Shown in pieces: positions 61,679-64,000 of a stretch of 64,000 nt of DNA. Where the stretch lies: contig CAXXSL010000016.1 in assembly GCA_963675525.2 (NCBI GenBank), forward strand, positions 512,001-576,000, read 5' to 3'. Made by a program: the position numbers and the translations under genes. Source of the stretch: Anaerohalosphaeraceae bacterium. Lineage in GTDB: Bacteria; Planctomycetota; Phycisphaerae; Sedimentisphaerales; Anaerohalosphaeraceae. The notes under the pieces were generated by a model, which was not told the DNA's origin, did no database searches, and saw nothing but the letters and a program-made list of their open reading frames with translations. Position 1 is the stretch's first letter, and each line of letters opens with the position of its first letter.

Positions 61679-61998
61679 ACCGAGATTTTGCTTACTTACA
61701 ACATATTCTGGATTGCATCCATAAGATTGAATCTTATGCGAAGGTCGGCAAAGATGTGTTTATGGAAACAGATCATTGGCAGGATGCGATTATCAGAAAT
61801 TTTGAGATTATCGGCGAAGCCGCAAAGCAACTAAGCGATGAATTCAAAGAAGTTAATTCCGAAATTCCCTGGCGAAATATCACCGGTTTTCGAGATGTGC
61901 TGATTCATGACTATATGGGCGTTGATTTAAATGCCGTCTGGCAAATCATCGAAAAAGAACTGCCGAAATTAAAGGCGGTCATTCTCAAAAATCTGTAG
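61675..61998 (+). CDS. HEPN/DUF86 RNase toxin (HepT-like)
   Basis: EIIGEA, IPWR, RDVLIHDY (RX4HXY). Confidence 0.92.
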   Translation: MNRDFAYLQHILDCIHKIESYAKVGKDVFMETDHWQDAIIRNFEIIGEAAKQLSDEFKEVNSEIPWRNITGFRDVLIHDYMGVDLNAVWQIIEKELPKLKAVILKNL

Positions 61999-62012
61999 CA
62001 ATTTCTCAAACA

Positions 62013-62363
62013 TTATGAATATTCAATCAGCAACTTGATCCCCAAAACCAAAATAAACAATACAAAACATACGGGAAATGATAAGTAGCTGAGAATAATA
62101 TATTTAAAACCTTCGAGGACCCCATTGCTTCTATTGATTTGATTAATCGCTTTTATTGGTAAAAAAATATTTATAAGACATCCGACTGGAAGTAACAATG
62201 CAAGAAGATAATAATGAAAAAGTTCAGTATCCCAAGGCAATTGCTTTTGATACCATTCTGATTCCATCATAACCAAAGAAGCAAAAATTATACCCCAAAA
62301 CAGATAAACAATAACAAAAGAACATACTGCAAACCTTGAAGTTCTAATATCCTTCTTATCCAT
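62013..62363 (-). CDS. Small AT-rich membrane protein (DUF4190-like)
   Basis: Three hydrophobic segments; RTSRFAVCS and AINQINRSNGVLEG. Confidence 0.55.
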   Translation of the reverse strand: MDKKDIRTSRFAVCSFVIVYLFWGIIFASLVMMESEWYQKQLPWDTELFHYYLLALLLPVGCLINIFLPIKAINQINRSNGVLEGFKYIILSYLSFPVCFVLFILVLGIKLLIEYS

Positions 62364-62405
62364 AGGATATATTATACCTAAACAATAATATCATTCCAAC
62401 AAATC

Positions 62406-63023
62406 TTATCCGCGGATGATGTCGGTGATTTTCATGAGGCGGCTGATGTTGTCGCGTTCGGCTTCGCCGAGTTTGCTGTTGATATACTTGATGGTGTCCT
62501 GCGTTTCGGGAATAACGACGTGTTCGAGCACATTCACGCGCCGGCGGGTGGACTGCAGTTCGGTTGCCAGCAATTGGCATTGTTTTTCTTTTTCGGCCAG
62601 TTCGATCAGGCTGTCGAAGGCGCGTTCCAGCGCCCGCAGTGAGACATCCATCTCACCGCTGGTGGTGGAAAAGCCGTAACACATGATATCGCCTTCGATC
62701 TCTTTGGCTAATTTGGGAACACGGACACTCATAATGCTGGCAAAGCTCATCACAAGTTTAAATTTTTTGGTGGGCACTTCCATCGCCGCGTTGATGTGTT
62801 CGGGCTCCATCGTCGCGCGGGCCATCATAAATCGGCGTGTGGTCTCCAGCAGTTCCTGCTCGACCTGCGTGCGAAGCCGCTTGAGGTCCCGGGCGATCTG
62901 CACCAACTGGCGGCAAATCTCATCACGCTTTTCACTGAGCAGGCGATGGCCGCGCAGTGCCAGCCCGACTCGCTTTCTCAGCGATAACAGTTCCATGCGT
63001 GTTGCATTAACGTTCTGAATCAT
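62406..63023 (-). CDS. ntpD: V/A-type ATP synthase subunit D
   Basis: NATRMEL, GHRLLSEKRD, TRRRVNVLE. Confidence 0.95.
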   Translation of the reverse strand: MIQNVNATRMELLSLRKRVGLALRGHRLLSEKRDEICRQLVQIARDLKRLRTQVEQELLETTRRFMMARATMEPEHINAAMEVPTKKFKLVMSFASIMSVRVPKLAKEIEGDIMCYGFSTTSGEMDVSLRALERAFDSLIELAEKEKQCQLLATELQSTRRRVNVLEHVVIPETQDTIKYINSKLGEAERDNISRLMKITDIIRG

Positions 63024-63055
63024 AAAAACCTTGTATCAAATATTAATTTGATCTT

Positions 63056-64000
63056 TTACTTCTTTCTAAACTGCGGCATGTATTTGTCGATCAGTTCCTT
63101 ATCGATCCGTTTGAGTTCCACATCGTCGAACATGCTGAGCAATTCCCAGCCCAGATCGAGTGTCTCGATCACATCGCGATTTTCATAGTAGCCCTGCGAG
63201 ATGTAACGGCCTTCAAACGCATTGGCAAATTTCATATACTTCTGATCTTCCGGCGACAGGGCCGCTTCACCAAGAATGGTCGCCAGTTCCTGAGCTTCTT
63301 TGCCGCGGGCATAGCCGGCATACAACTGGTTATACAGCGACGCGTGGTCTTCGCGGGTCTTGTCCGGGCCGATACCCTTGTCTTTGAGACGTGACAGCGA
63401 GGGCAGCACGTCCACCGGCGGTGCAATTCCTTTACGATGCAGCGACCGGCTCATGATAATCTGTCCCTCGGTGATATAACCGGTCAAGTCCGGCACCGGG
63501 TGCGTCTTATCGTCTTCGGGCATGGTCAGCACGGGCACCATCGTGATGGAACCTTTTTTGCCTTTGATACGGCCGGCACGTTCGTAAATGGTCGCCAGGT
63601 CGGTATAGAGATAGCCGGGGAACCCGCGACGACCGGGCACTTCCTTGCGGGCGGCGGAAATCTCACGCAACGCCTCGCAATAGTTTGTCATGTCGTTGAG
63701 AATCACCAAGACGTGCATGTCTTCTTCGAAGGCCAGGTACTCGGCGGCGGTCAGTGCCACACGCGGCGTGGCGATACGCTCAATGGCCGGGTCGTTGGCC
63801 AGATTGATAAACAGTACCGCACGCTCGATGGCACCGGTGTTGGTCAGGTCGTTAATGAAAAACTGGGCCGCTTCGAACGTAATTCCCATCGCGGCAAAGA
63901 CCACGGCGAACGATTCACCTTTTCCGCGAACGGCCGACTGGCGGGCCAACTGGGCGGTGATTTCGTCGTGCGGCAAACCCGAACCGGAGAAAATCGGCAG
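63056..64000 (-). CDS. ntpB: V/A-type ATP synthase subunit B (5' part outside the window)
   Basis: [47 protein letters not shown]. Confidence 0.96.
   Translation of the reverse strand: MPIFSGSGLPHDEITAQLARQSAVRGKGESFAVVFAAMGITFEAAQFFINDLTNTGAIERAVLFINLANDPAIERIATPRVALTAAEYLAFEEDMHVLVILNDMTNYCEALREISAARKEVPGRRGFPGYLYTDLATIYERAGRIKGKKGSITMVPVLTMPEDDKTHPVPDLTGYITEGQIIMSRSLHRKGIAPPVDVLPSLSRLKDKGIGPDKTREDHASLYNQLYAGYARGKEAQELATILGEAALSPEDQKYMKFANAFEGRYISQGYYENRDVIETLDLGWELLSMFDDVELKRIDKELIDKYMPQFRKK

Noticed and set aside
61388..61998. HEPN/MNT pair as a novel system
   Set aside because: Canonical, well-described toxin-antitoxin module

Overview
Probably a Planctomycetota (Phycisphaerae/Sedimentisphaerales-like) chromosome segment. 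This is inferred from the PEP-CTERM proteins, the ECF sigma/FecR pairs and the many dockerin-like ends. The left part (1-37.1 kb) lies beyond the 3' end of a tRNA-Asp and looks like an accreted island. It holds two ECF sigma/FecR-headed glycan-use loci (CotH/lamin-tail protein, GH2, frameshifted GH105, BNR-repeat protein, GH127). In each locus a small PEP-CTERM protein has an adjacent long twin with the same N-terminal domain but a dockerin-like end. Interspersed are phage-satellite-like remnants (terminase small subunit, excisionase-like HTH, integrase, IS3). A shared promoter and terminator frame two unrelated cargo genes, and one of them is an FGE-domain gene whose 3' end resembles a DGR variable region; no RT or template repeat is in the window. 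The right part holds housekeeping genes (lon, DJ-1, pfk, xer-like, two-component genes, V-type ATPase B/D). It also has an AT-rich XRE-FRG-DUF262-HNH candidate defence operon inside a segment bracketed by a perfect 27-bp inverted repeat, a membrane GrpE-Hsp70-TerB/J triad and a HEPN/MNT pair. All family calls come from motifs read by eye; no database searches were run.
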